Below are positions 48,217 to 58,138 of a stretch of 64,000 bases of DNA, piece after piece. The number at the start of each line of letters is the position of its first letter. The stretch's first letter is position 1. The notes beneath the pieces were generated by a model, which saw nothing but the letters and a program-made list of their open reading frames with translations, ran no database searches and was not told the DNA's origin. The stretch spans positions 186,001-250,000 of IMG/VR virus record IMGVR_UViG_3300044796_000657. One strand, written 5' to 3'. The translations under genes and the position numbers were made by a program.

Positions 48217-48996
48217 ATGGCACAAAAACGAAGACAGCGAAATGTAGTACAAAAAAATGGACTTGGATGGTTAAGAGACTTGCCGGATGCAAGAGACCAT
48301 TATTACGAACCCCCAAAAATGCTGGACATTCCCTCCAGCGTTGACCTCCGATCCAATTTCCCCAAAGTTTACGCACAGGGCAATGTAGGGTCATGTACGG
48401 CCCAAGCGTTGGCGGCTGTACTTCAATTCGATGAAGCCAAACAAAAGCAGTCGCAGGATACGGCACCATCAAGATTGTTCGTTTATTATAATGAACGTTT
48501 ACTGATGAATACAACCGAATCGGATAGCGGCGCATCAATGAGGATCGGCATCAAGAGCCTATCTGAATATGGCTATTGTCGTGAGGATATTTGGCCGTAC
48601 GATCTAAATAAATGGCGTTCCAAGCCCAATCGCACTGCTTACAGATTGGCTCTGGCACACAAAATCAAAGAGTACGCAAGAGTCGGACAGGATATTAACC
48701 AACTCAAAACAACGCTCGCTGCCGGAAATCCATTCGTTTTTGGATTTACAGCCTATCAGAGCTTTGAGTCCGATGAAGTGAAAAAGAACGGGATCTTACC
48801 AATGCCTCACAACGAAAAAGTTGTAGGTGGTCATGCCGTTGTAGCTGTCGGCTACGATGATGCCGATCAAACCTTCCTTATCAGAAATTCTTGGGGTGAA
48901 GACTGGGGCATTGAAGGATATTTCAAAATTCCATACGCCTACTTAACTGATCCCAACCTTGCTGCTGATTTTTGGATCATTTCACAGATACCTTGA
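48217..48996 (+). CDS. papain-like cysteine protease (C1A)
   Basis: SVDLR, QG.VGSCTA (Cys), GGHAV (His), RNSWG (Asn). Confidence 0.93.
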   Translation: MAQKRRQRNVVQKNGLGWLRDLPDARDHYYEPPKMLDIPSSVDLRSNFPKVYAQGNVGSCTAQALAAVLQFDEAKQKQSQDTAPSRLFVYYNERLLMNTTESDSGASMRIGIKSLSEYGYCREDIWPYDLNKWRSKPNRTAYRLALAHKIKEYARVGQDINQLKTTLAAGNPFVFGFTAYQSFESDEVKKNGILPMPHNEKVVGGHAVVAVGYDDADQTFLIRNSWGEDWGIEGYFKIPYAYLTDPNLAADFWIISQIP

Positions 48997-49046
48997 AAAT
49001 TTTCTAACTTATGTCATTATGTCACAATAACTTAACAAAGGATCAT

Positions 49047-49391
49047 ATGACCAAAACCATGATTGTCGACATTGACGGCACCCTAGTATTACAAACTGAA
49101 AATTACCTTGAACAAAAAGATCAAGTCATTGCTGGAACGTTAGAAAAGCTGAAAGAGTGGGAAAAGAAAAACTACCGGCTCATATTAATTACCGGTAGAA
49201 AAGAAGGATCTAGGCGAGTGACGATGAAGATGCTTGACGACTTGGGAATCCACTACGATCAACTGATTATGGGAGTGGGAATCGGGCCTAGAGTCTTGAT
49301 CAATGACGTTAAGCCCGAATTCCCCGATATGGTTATGGCTGAGGCGTACAATCTAAAGAGAAACGCAGGCATCACAACCATTAACACTTAA
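49047..49391 (+). CDS. HAD-family phosphatase (small, PseT/capsule type)
   Basis: VDIDGTL, ITGR, YDQLIMG, INDxKP. Confidence 0.8.
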   Translation: MTKTMIVDIDGTLVLQTENYLEQKDQVIAGTLEKLKEWEKKNYRLILITGRKEGSRRVTMKMLDDLGIHYDQLIMGVGIGPRVLINDVKPEFPDMVMAEAYNLKRNAGITTINT

Positions 49392-50197
49392 TATCCATAA
49401 ACTTCTTTTTTGGCCTGTGTCCAAAATTCAAGGTCACGACCATGTTGCCAACCCGATTGTACCCACAATTCCTTGGCTCGCTCTTTGACGGACTGCTCAT
49501 TGGGGCGATTCAAAATGTGTTCCAAAACATAATGATAATTACTCTGAGGGTTGCTTTGAGAAGTAAAAGGTGTAAACGTTAACACCCAACCTTTACGACG
49601 TACACCATTTGGTGGTGTTAGCCATGTATCGCCACCAAGAAATCTTTGAGCGGCATTCCACGTAGAAGTTGCATGAAAATACTTACACTGGTGCAGTGTT
49701 TCCCGATGCCCTCTGCCCGATTGAGTCAATGACGCTTTGAGTGCACAGGTCAAAAAGGCGTGTCTAATGGGCTGTGCTTTCCAAAACGGCCCCGGCTCAA
49801 CCTGCAAAATATTATAACCAGTACTACCCTTGGGACGATAGTTTTCCTGATAATGGAACCTAGTTTTATCTTTAACGCCAATCGTATCTTCTACCCAACC
49901 CACCATATCCATGATAGGATCAGGGTTAATGACAACAAAGTAATAACGATTTTTGGTGTCTGGTTCGTAGAATTTTTGATCATCGTCGGCGTAAGAGTGA
50001 AAAGTTTCACGACAAGCAATCCAAGTTAACGCCTTGTTTGCTTTGTCGTACTTACCAAAGTCCCCATAGTGAGGCTTGTAAAGTCCGGCAGGTTCATGAA
50101 TTTGAAAATGTGGTGCGCCCATAGGCTTACTCCTTGGCTCGATGACGCTTTCTTTTTTGCGTCTCTTTAATTTATTTAAGATCCTAAACATCATCAT
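49388..50197 (-). CDS. hypothetical protein with C-terminal DUF2934-like domain
   Basis: VKERAKELW...G..HGRDLEFW.QA..E. Confidence 0.65.
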   Translation of the reverse strand: MMMFRILNKLKRRKKESVIEPRSKPMGAPHFQIHEPAGLYKPHYGDFGKYDKANKALTWIACRETFHSYADDDQKFYEPDTKNRYYFVVINPDPIMDMVGWVEDTIGVKDKTRFHYQENYRPKGSTGYNILQVEPGPFWKAQPIRHAFLTCALKASLTQSGRGHRETLHQCKYFHATSTWNAAQRFLGGDTWLTPPNGVRRKGWVLTFTPFTSQSNPQSNYHYVLEHILNRPNEQSVKERAKELWVQSGWQHGRDLEFWTQAKKEVYGY

Positions 50198-50283
50198 TCC
50201 TTCATCCAGAAGACTGATTTAATACAGTTTAACACATTTCTTCGCCTTTACAATCCTAGAAAATACGTTATTATAAAGCTCAT

Positions 50284-52785
50284 ATGACAAGACAACAATT
50301 ATTCGATTTGTGCCTCGATGGCCTCAAACAAAGAAACATTACAACCGATGATTATAAAAATAGGTTCTCTGCCGAATGGAAAGAAATCACATCAATGGGC
50401 GAAGACAAATACTTCGCTGAGTTAATAGAAAACAAAACCAAGTTCAAGGAAAATGAAAACAACCTCATCATACCATATCTCTTGGGAATAGTTAACGATT
50501 TCGACATAGACAAACAAGCCAAATTCATCTACGGTGAATGGCCAGATATTGATATTGACTATATTGACGGTGTTCGTGAATACCTCAAAGAAGATTATGC
50601 TAAGAAAGCGTTCGGTGAACAATACGTTTGCAACATTGCCAACTACAACACGTTCGGCATGAAATCAGCCCTGAAAGACATGGCAAGATTATTCAGTCTA
50701 CCTCACGAAGAGGTTGATGCCGTAACGAAAAACATGAAGGATAAGGATGAAGACGGCAAAATATTAACGTGGGATCAAGCTGTCGAAATCTACGACGAGT
50801 TTCGTGAGTATTGCGAAAAGAATCCAGAAGTCGCCGAAGCCGCCAAACAGCTAGTCGGTCGTATTCGTGGTCAAGGCCAACACGCTTCCGGACTGGTTGT
50901 TTCCCGTGTTCCAATTCACGAACATATTCCATTGATTCGTGGTAAAGAAGGTTCGGTAGCAGCAGCTTGGCCAGAAGGACAAAGTAGCAGCGATTTGAGC
51001 ATCGTGGGTTTCATTAAGTTCGACTTCTTGGGACTAGATGGTAATCAAAAGATCGCAAGTGCTTGTAAGATGGCCTGCTTGGAAAAAGAAGAGTACGAAA
51101 AGTGGCAAGACAAAGAAAGTGATCTATACCAAACGTCTACCAAAGTTCTCAGTGCTGTACAAGGCGTGACTGTATGTGCTCTTCCCGGTGAAAATCAACC
51201 TTCGTGGTCCGACACTTCTTATCTTGAAGACAAGAAGTGCTTGGAAATGGCTAACCGTGGAGACCTAAGAATGGTATTCCAATTCGACGGTTCTGCGGGC
51301 ATTCGTAATATGGCGAAAGAGGGTGGCGTTGACAAGTTCGATGACCTTGTAGCTTATACCTCTCTATTCCGTCCCGGCCCTATGAAACTCGGTGCCCACG
51401 AACAATACATTAAACGTAAAAGAGGAACAGAGGAATGGTCAGTGCATCCGCTACTGGCAGAAGGCCCGGCCAATCTTCAATCCACGTATGGTGTACACGT
51501 ATACCAAGAGCAAATCTCACGGGTTCTCCACACGGTAGGTAAGATTCCACTCGGCGACTGTGAAACTGTACGTAAGGCTATCTCAAAGAAGAAAATTGAG
51601 AAGTTCCAAAAATACAAGGATATGTTCATTGCCAATGGACAAATCACCTTGGGGGCGACGATTGAAGAACTGGAACACTTGTGGGCACTCCTAGAGGCGT
51701 TCGCTGGTTACGGTTTCAATCAATCACACGCAGTAGGTTATTGTTACATATCTTCAAGAATGCTTTGGCTCAAATGCCATTTGCCGAAACAATTCTTTGC
51801 TTCGATGTTAACTCACACCAAAACCAGCAGTCAAAAAGACTATGACAAACTGAAAGAATACAAACGGGAATCAGAACGCAACAAGGTCAAAATAGAAAGA
51901 CTCCACCTCAACAAGTCCAAAAACGAATTCGTCGCAGATGACAAGTACGTCTATTGGGGATTCTGCAAGATCAAGGGTATTGGTGAAGATGCCGCCAAGA
52001 GAATTGAAGAACTTCAACCATTCGCTGGTATTGAAGACTTCCTTACACGATACGGTACAGATGCCAAAGTTGTTCAACCGCTCATTGCTTTGGGATGTTT
52101 CCAAGAAGCCGATCCATTAACTTTGGCAACCTTCTATGAAGCATACAAAGATTACGACAAAAAAGAAAATGACCGAAACAAACGCTTCCTGAAAAACAAG
52201 GAAAAACTTGAAGCCGAAATTACAGAAGCAACTGATGCCGACAAAATCAAACTAGAAAAGAAACTCGCAACCTGTATTGCCAACAAGTATAAAAAAGACG
52301 ACTTTGCGGAACGTCCAACATTGACCAACTTTAATCACGACTTCAAGATTAAAGCCGACTTCCTTGAAATACTCAAAGACAAAACAGGGGAAGCCGCTGA
52401 AGTTGCTTATTACGGTTTTGTTTGGCAGCACCCGATTGAAAAACTGACTAACTATCAAGGTTTGACCATTGCCCAATTCATCGAAGAAGGCGAAAAGCAC
52501 GGACAGATCGAAGTCCTGCTGAAAGAAGTCAAACAAGTACAAGGCCCGAAAGCAACATACTACAGCGTCCAATTTGAAGATTCAGCATACATGAAACGGA
52601 AGATGACGTTATGGCAAAACGACTACGAAAGGTTCAAGGATGAATTTGTGGTCGGCAACTATGTTAGATTGCATGTAGACGCCCCAAAGCCTCCATATCC
52701 AACCTACGGACTTCACCAATTCCCCGGCGGAAAATGGAAAATGCCTAAAAAAGAAAGCGATTATCGAGTCGTTAGCTTGACCTAA
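50284..52785 (+). CDS. dnaE: DNA polymerase III alpha subunit lacking PHP domain
   Basis: PDIDID, HASG, KFDFLGL, VFQF, RPGP, YQEQ, YGFN.SHA, IKGIG, C-terminal OB. Confidence 0.92.
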   Translation: MTRQQLFDLCLDGLKQRNITTDDYKNRFSAEWKEITSMGEDKYFAELIENKTKFKENENNLIIPYLLGIVNDFDIDKQAKFIYGEWPDIDIDYIDGVREYLKEDYAKKAFGEQYVCNIANYNTFGMKSALKDMARLFSLPHEEVDAVTKNMKDKDEDGKILTWDQAVEIYDEFREYCEKNPEVAEAAKQLVGRIRGQGQHASGLVVSRVPIHEHIPLIRGKEGSVAAAWPEGQSSSDLSIVGFIKFDFLGLDGNQKIASACKMACLEKEEYEKWQDKESDLYQTSTKVLSAVQGVTVCALPGENQPSWSDTSYLEDKKCLEMANRGDLRMVFQFDGSAGIRNMAKEGGVDKFDDLVAYTSLFRPGPMKLGAHEQYIKRKRGTEEWSVHPLLAEGPANLQSTYGVHVYQEQISRVLHTVGKIPLGDCETVRKAISKKKIEKFQKYKDMFIANGQITLGATIEELEHLWALLEAFAGYGFNQSHAVGYCYISSRMLWLKCHLPKQFFASMLTHTKTSSQKDYDKLKEYKRESERNKVKIERLHLNKSKNEFVADDKYVYWGFCKIKGIGEDAAKRIEELQPFAGIEDFLTRYGTDAKVVQPLIALGCFQEADPLTLATFYEAYKDYDKKENDRNKRFLKNKEKLEAEITEATDADKIKLEKKLATCIANKYKKDDFAERPTLTNFNHDFKIKADFLEILKDKTGEAAEVAYYGFVWQHPIEKLTNYQGLTIAQFIEEGEKHGQIEVLLKEVKQVQGPKATYYSVQFEDSAYMKRKMTLWQNDYERFKDEFVVGNYVRLHVDAPKPPYPTYGLHQFPGGKWKMPKKESDYRVVSLT

Positions 52786-52901
52786 CCAAATGGGTCACCT
52801 GTCATTGAGCGCAAGCACCACCAAACCATTGAGTGATGAAAAACGGTCTCTATATAATGGTGATTAGATGATTTCTAAAACAATTAAATGGAGATACTCA
52901 T

Positions 52902-53237
52902 ATGGCAACTGCCTCTTCTGTTACTGGTGTTGGTCAAGGTTCAGCCGATAAGGCGGGCCAAAAGGGTTCCGAACATCTCTACGTTGGCGTAGAAAAATTG
53001 ATCGGTGTCCGTGTCGTTGTCGCTGGTACGATTACTCTTGCTTCTACAACTGGCACTGTAACGTTCCCAACAGTTCTCAGTGGCGTAGCTGCTGACTACA
53101 TCGCAATCTGCAACGGTGCTCACTTGACTTACGGTACTTCCTTGACCACTGCTGGCTTCACGGTCAATGGTACTTCAGCTGACGTTATCAGCTACATCGT
53201 AGTTCGTGTAAACAACGCCACTGTAACCGTCAACTAA
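52902..53237 (+). CDS. small G/T/V-rich probable virion protein
   Basis: GGAG SD, TATATA upstream, own terminator, beta-rich composition. Confidence 0.6.
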   Translation: MATASSVTGVGQGSADKAGQKGSEHLYVGVEKLIGVRVVVAGTITLASTTGTVTFPTVLSGVAADYIAICNGAHLTYGTSLTTAGFTVNGTSADVISYIVVRVNNATVTVN

Positions 53238-53254
53238 GGTTGATTGAAACAACG

Positions 53255-53284
53255 AAAAAACTCGGCTTTTATGCCGGGTTTTTT
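53255..53284. terminator. Bidirectional terminator
   Basis: A6-CTCGGC-TTTTAT-GCCGGG-T6. Confidence 0.75.
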
Positions 53285-53286
53285 AT

Positions 53287-53709
53287 TTAACTAGCACTCC
53301 ATATGCCTCTACAATGTATTGTCATTCTTTTGAGTGATTTCCACAAATAATCACCTATGAATAATGGTAGCATAATCGCTATCGCTAAAGCAGATCGCCC
53401 TAAGTAGACAATCCCCCCAATTCCATCACAAATAAAGTCACAAGCCCTCTCCGTAAAAGATGGTTTGTAAACTTCGTAATGTACATCATAATTGTCATAC
53501 CAATCATAATTGACAGAACTAGCAGCTTGTTGAAAGCCCCGTGGTGTAATAAATGTGGGGGCTAATTGAAAGTTTGGCGAACGTCTAGGTAGCAATGATG
53601 CTAAATAATCATCATCATGTGAAACACCACCACGACTAATGCCATCATATTTCGGCATTCGCTTAGACCTTGGCATGACCACTTCTATCAACTCATCATC
53701 ATCATTCAT
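53287..53709 (-). CDS. hypothetical membrane protein
   Basis: C-terminal hydrophobic segment; ATGA coupling. Confidence 0.55.
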   Translation of the reverse strand: MNDDDELIEVVMPRSKRMPKYDGISRGGVSHDDDYLASLLPRRSPNFQLAPTFITPRGFQQAASSVNYDWYDNYDVHYEVYKPSFTERACDFICDGIGGIVYLGRSALAIAIMLPLFIGDYLWKSLKRMTIHCRGIWSAS

Positions 53710-54851
53710 AATAATTTCTCCACTTTATGACCCATCACCCATTCGCCTTCTTGATTCTTTTTATTCCTTGGTACCATCGGCTTGTTGGGCGTTAATTTTG
53801 TTGGTTGGCACTGTCCCTTCACCTTCATACTTTGTTCCATCCTAACTTTTCGCTTTCGCATCTTAAACGAATTGATGATACCATGTACCTCTTCGTCTGA
53901 CAACTTCATAAAATCGTCAGTCTTGCTCAATAGCTCTTCCAAGTCCCCCAATCCCGCTTCAATGACATCCTTATCTTCTTCAATGGGCGGAACATCCTTC
54001 CAAAAATCTGCTGGCAAAATTGGCTCAACGTAGTCAGCTTTGGGACGATGATCTACCACTTGAGGCTTTTTGTCCCAATGAGGCAGTTTGGTTGGATCAT
54101 CCAAATATGAATTAACAACATCCAAGCCTTCCCGCTTGGCGATATTGCTCAGTACCTTGTACTTGTTATCAAAAAACTCTTTACCATCTTCGCAATGGAA
54201 GACCCTTGTACACATCTTCTCCCACTTCTGTTCCAAATTACCTTGACGTTTTGCACGAGTGTTCTGCTCTTCTTCCGACATTTCTTTGATGTCGTATTTG
54301 ATATTCTTGGGAACGATAGTAAACGTAGCTACCGGATCGCCCTTCTTGAAAATTAACTTACATCCGGGCAATGGTGCTTTGAATACTATAAAAAACACTT
54401 CGGGCCACCAATCCATTTCCAACAAACCGGGAATTGCTATTGGTGTGCTACCATTTTTGTCGGCGTAAATTCTTGGGTGAGGCTGTACCATCAATCCATA
54501 ACCGAGCTGCGTCTTAATATCGATCATGGAAACAAAACCGAAATGCCAAGGAGCAAATGCCCCAAAAGGTTCCCAAGCATCGCCTGATCCTTTTGGCTTT
54601 TCTTTTGTAAAATCACCAAAAAAATGACACTTGCCATTTTCGTCACATGTTACTTCACAAGTAGTTTCCCAAGGATATATCAACTCTAAACCGTATGTTG
54701 TCGCATCTGAGAACGGCTTACAATGCCATGCTTGAGGCTTTTTCCAAGTATTATCACCCGCCCATCCACCAATATCCAACTTGGTACGACGAGGTGGTTG
54801 GCCGATATGCCATGTTCGATACTCTACGGGAATTACTGTTGGTTCTGTCAT
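53706..54851 (-). CDS. DUF6065-like protein
   Basis: HC.PF..A...G.EL, PG..E.DW.P, F.KGDP. Confidence 0.6.
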   Translation of the reverse strand: MTEPTVIPVEYRTWHIGQPPRRTKLDIGGWAGDNTWKKPQAWHCKPFSDATTYGLELIYPWETTCEVTCDENGKCHFFGDFTKEKPKGSGDAWEPFGAFAPWHFGFVSMIDIKTQLGYGLMVQPHPRIYADKNGSTPIAIPGLLEMDWWPEVFFIVFKAPLPGCKLIFKKGDPVATFTIVPKNIKYDIKEMSEEEQNTRAKRQGNLEQKWEKMCTRVFHCEDGKEFFDNKYKVLSNIAKREGLDVVNSYLDDPTKLPHWDKKPQVVDHRPKADYVEPILPADFWKDVPPIEEDKDVIEAGLGDLEELLSKTDDFMKLSDEEVHGIINSFKMRKRKVRMEQSMKVKGQCQPTKLTPNKPMVPRNKKNQEGEWVMGHKVEKLL

Positions 54852-54927
54852 GATAACTCGAAAAATGTTTGTAAAAATATTGCCTACATTCTAATTAATA
54901 TAGTTACGATAATAATTTCAACAGGAG

Positions 54928-55122
54928 ATGATGATGAAGGGTATTATAGTTTTTAACGTCGATGTCGGACAAGCCTCATTAGACACAATTGATAGAATTC
55001 TTAAACTTAAAAAAGAAGAATACAAAGAACTGGCCGCAAAACTAGCGGAAGAGAAATACGAAATGTTAATCATTACAAATCGTACAGGTCATAACCATAT
55101 AGACAAAATTGATTTGAATTAA
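54928..55122 (+). CDS. hypothetical protein
   Basis: AGGAG SD; followed by terminator. Confidence 0.55.
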   Translation: MMMKGIIVFNVDVGQASLDTIDRILKLKKEEYKELAAKLAEEKYEMLIITNRTGHNHIDKIDLN

Positions 55123-55127
55123 ATACC

Positions 55128-55157
55128 AAAAAAGCCAAGCAATGCTTGGCTTTTTTT
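55128..55157. terminator. Bidirectional terminator
   Basis: A6-GCCAAGC-AAT-GCTTGGC-T7. Confidence 0.85.
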
Positions 55158-55644
55158 ATTTATCGGACATCATGCCGGAACCTGCCCCGTATTCATTCAC
55201 TTTTTTTTTAGCAGTAAAATCAGCCAATTGTTTTTTCGCAAATTCTACAACATCACTAACATGATTACACGCAGCAATTGCTGTAGGGGAATTTCTTTTT
55301 TTAGCAGCTTCTTTTTGTATTTTTTGTAATTCCTGTTTAGAAGTTTCAACTTTCTTTTTAGCTTCTTCAAATTTCTTTTGCTGGAACTCTGCTTCTTTTT
55401 TCTTCATTTCGTCTGGCGTTAACTGAATTTCATTAACGACATAGAAACCTTCACGGGGATATTTGGCCGGTGAATAATAGCCATCATGCCTAATGTTTTG
55501 CAAAGAACAAACCTTAATGTTCCTGTCTTCCAATTTGGCATTCTTGCGGGCATTAATGTACCCCTGACTGTAAGCCTCTGCTTCAGCATAAAAAACAAAA
55601 GGCCCACCCAAATAAACGTATCGTAATTGCTTTGGCACGATCAT
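55156..55644 (-). CDS. hypothetical coiled-coil protein
   Basis: 162-aa ORF downstream of ncRNA cluster. Confidence 0.55.
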   Translation of the reverse strand: MIVPKQLRYVYLGGPFVFYAEAEAYSQGYINARKNAKLEDRNIKVCSLQNIRHDGYYSPAKYPREGFYVVNEIQLTPDEMKKKEAEFQQKKFEEAKKKVETSKQELQKIQKEAAKKRNSPTAIAACNHVSDVVEFAKKQLADFTAKKKVNEYGAGSGMMSDK

Positions 55645-55653
55645 TCTCTCTGG

Positions 55654-55834
55654 GTGGACATTAAAAAAAATCTCGTTTATGGTATTTCACCACGACCGGC
55701 GTTGACACTTAACTCTATCTAACCCAGACAGACTACACAGATAATAACCCATTGCTGTGAGGCCGATAGAGAAGTATCCGGTTTACTCATAGCCCACTCA
55801 TCTCTAATGATGAGCTAACGAGACCATCATCCAC
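55654..55834 (-). ncRNA. Y-RNA-like structured element C
   Basis: GTGGA/TCCAC, TCTCGTT/AACGAGA, GCTCATC/GATGAGT, CCGG/CCGG, GATACTT/AAGTGTC, CTCTATC/GATAGAG helices; ATACTTC motif; downstream of Ro60. Confidence 0.55.
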
Positions 55835-55874
55835 TATCCGTTCCGATAACCGGCAAGAGTCGTGGATGAAAATT

Positions 55875-55949
55875 TCACGAAAACGGCGAAAGGTTAATGT
55901 GAGGGTAACATTTAGCAGATGTACTCACATCGAGATCCGTAATTCGTGA
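55875..55949 (-). ncRNA. Y-RNA-like minimal hairpin B
   Basis: TCACGAA/TTCGTGA, ACGG/CCGT, ATGTGAG/CTCACAT with GTACATC motif and pyrimidine-rich 3' bulge CCTTTCG. Confidence 0.6.
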
Positions 55950-55974
55950 TTCAAAAAGGGTTCAAAGCCCTTCG

Positions 55975-56048
55975 TGACTGAATGATGGAATTGAACCATC
56001 CTATCTTGTGGGTATAAACCACTGACGCCCCCGTGGCAATTCATACCC
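55975..56048 (-). ncRNA. degenerate tRNA-like element
   Basis: T-arm GATGG-TTCAATT-CCATC (55984-56000), anticodon-like GTGG-TTTATAC-CCAC, short D-arm GCC/GGC, 5-bp acceptor TGAAT/ATTCA. Confidence 0.55.
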
Positions 56049-56053
56049 ATATA

Positions 56054-57667
56054 TTACTCTTCATCACCTTCATCTTCAATAGAAGATTTTCGCAGGTGTT
56101 TACCGTCTAAATCAATCTTCACAATCTCGCCCACAACATGGTCGGCATCCATATTGCCATCAACGAATTGCTTAACCAACTTGAAGACGTTGTCACTAAA
56201 CCCGCCAAGGTTCAGAACATCCTTCATTTCCTGTACTTGCGTAGTGGCGTACGGTGCTACGTCGATACAAACCAACTTCGCCTTCGGATTACGCTGCTTC
56301 CAACGCTTCCATTCGGCTTGGAATTGACTCTCACCCTTCAATCTCTTACCGTACCGATCCGTATTCAACGATTCACACCAAGATTGATTGTCCGATACGC
56401 AGATCAGCAAATCGCCAACCCTGTTCGCATCGTTCAACAACTTAAGTGGCGCCCAACAAGCCGTACCACCATCCGCAATCTTACCGATTGCCGACGCATT
56501 CGCCATCACAGATTGCTCCGGATCGACATTGAATGGTACAACATGCTTTTGGAAGAACATCATTTCAGCGTTCGGATTGTTTCTCTTGAAACAAGACGCA
56601 ATCAGCGCAGCCACATCCACACAACGAGTTACCGTTGAAGCCGATCCACGACCGCCCGTCACTGGGTACGTCATGGACTTGGAAACATCGGTAAAGACGT
56701 ACGCAGGAACGCTATCCTTGTAATGCGTCTCAAACGACGGAATGTTGCGAGTAGCAATCTCCATCGCCCGTTCCAAACCATCCCGCAACTCGACAGGCAC
56801 ACCAACGGTATTTTGGTACGCCGTCATAATCTGATACGGAAATACGGAAGCCTTTTTGATCGACACAGGATCAGCCAAGCGGTTTGCAAGCAATTCAACC
56901 ATCCCCGGCACGTTAAACACACCTTGTCGTTGAAGAGTTGCCAGATTACGGAGCAACCAGAACCAGCTCGCCTTTTGAGCGATTTCGGCCCATTGATCGG
57001 TGCCTAACTTTTTGGCAGTATACATACGGAAATCCGTCTTCGGCATTTCCTTAGTTTCGCCCTTCTTCCACGCTTCGTAAACCTTAACCGATTCCGGCAA
57101 CGCATCATGGTTAAATGGTCGGTCAACCATCATACCATAAAGGGCGGAACGAGTCTTATCCAATGGGCGTGGGTGAATGTTCTTCAAGATCGTCTTGAGA
57201 GAAGGCGTACCGACGCTCTGTTGCCAGATTTCCGTAGGCGTACGGCTATTCAACCAATTAACCATTAACTCTTTTGGAACGGTTCCAAAAGACTTACGAC
57301 CGGTCTTGCCAGATCGAATGATTTGGTAGAAATTGCGGAACATCGTGCCATCGTTAATGACACGTACGAAAGTCTTACGAAGCAGCTTCGTTTCCTTGCG
57401 TGCAGCTAATACAGCGCATAACAAGGCCGGAACATCCTTCATAAAGTACAATTCACGGCTGAACACGGCACACTGCGCCACGAATTCAGGCTCCACAATC
57501 ATTGCGGCATTTTGAATTTGATCTAGCTGTTTCTTGGCACTCACGTAAAGCGTGTTGCCGAGACATGAAGTCGTGCTGAGTAAAGCAAGGGTTTGCTTGG
57601 GCGTTAATTGATACGCTACACCACCAGCCTCATTGAAAGAATCCAAAGAACTAAATAACTTATTCAT
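56054..57667 (-). CDS. Ro60/TROVE domain RNA-binding protein (Rsr)
   Basis: NEAGG.AY, MKDVPALL, GRKSFG, HPRP, LRNL.T..R.GV, FPYQ...AY, vWA DVS.SM..PVTG.RGS, GGT, VSDNQSW, GGFSD.VF. Confidence 0.95.
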   Translation of the reverse strand: MNKLFSSLDSFNEAGGVAYQLTPKQTLALLSTTSCLGNTLYVSAKKQLDQIQNAAMIVEPEFVAQCAVFSRELYFMKDVPALLCAVLAARKETKLLRKTFVRVINDGTMFRNFYQIIRSGKTGRKSFGTVPKELMVNWLNSRTPTEIWQQSVGTPSLKTILKNIHPRPLDKTRSALYGMMVDRPFNHDALPESVKVYEAWKKGETKEMPKTDFRMYTAKKLGTDQWAEIAQKASWFWLLRNLATLQRQGVFNVPGMVELLANRLADPVSIKKASVFPYQIMTAYQNTVGVPVELRDGLERAMEIATRNIPSFETHYKDSVPAYVFTDVSKSMTYPVTGGRGSASTVTRCVDVAALIASCFKRNNPNAEMMFFQKHVVPFNVDPEQSVMANASAIGKIADGGTACWAPLKLLNDANRVGDLLICVSDNQSWCESLNTDRYGKRLKGESQFQAEWKRWKQRNPKAKLVCIDVAPYATTQVQEMKDVLNLGGFSDNVFKLVKQFVDGNMDADHVVGEIVKIDLDGKHLRKSSIEDEGDEE

Positions 57668-58127
57668 TTAAATTTTTCCTTATTGGTATGGTGTAGTTTC
57701 TACTATCCCAAGTTCTCTTGAGGTGACAGTTAGAACATCTAACTTCACATTTTTTGATTTCCTCACACAATTTTTCAATATTAACTTTTTTACTGTATGC
57801 CAATTCACTCAAACCGGCTTTTTTATCACCTCTCACATGATCAAACTGTAAGACTCTAGGATCTTTTTCACCACAATCAACACAAGGATGAGACTCTTTA
57901 TACTCCCAAAGAAATTGACGATTTAAGTCTCTTCTTTGTTCGGCCCACTGTTTGGAACGAATATAATAATTGCCTTGATCTTTGTTTTTCCGATAAGAGT
58001 TCCTATGGTATTCGTTGGCACATTCTTTACACGAATTCAAAAGTCCATCTTTGGAAGCCGTATTTTTTGGAAATAAATCGTATGGCTTACTTAATTTACA
58101 CCTAAAACATAATTTCATAAATGTCAA
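57660..58127 (-). CDS. HNH endonuclease
   Basis: CFRC...CKEC N-terminal Zn finger; CVDCGE.D..VL.FDH...C.V.C.NCH. Confidence 0.85.
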   Translation of the reverse strand: MTFMKLCFRCKLSKPYDLFPKNTASKDGLLNSCKECANEYHRNSYRKNKDQGNYYIRSKQWAEQRRDLNRQFLWEYKESHPCVDCGEKDPRVLQFDHVRGDKKAGLSELAYSKKVNIEKLCEEIKKCEVRCSNCHLKRTWDSRNYTIPIRKNLNE

Positions 58128-58138
58128 ACCTTATTCAA

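Noticed and set aside
55975-56048. Canonical tRNA-Ile(UAU)
   Set aside because: Acceptor stem only 5 bp, aberrant D-arm, bulged anticodon arm, no CCA; kept as tRNA-like only
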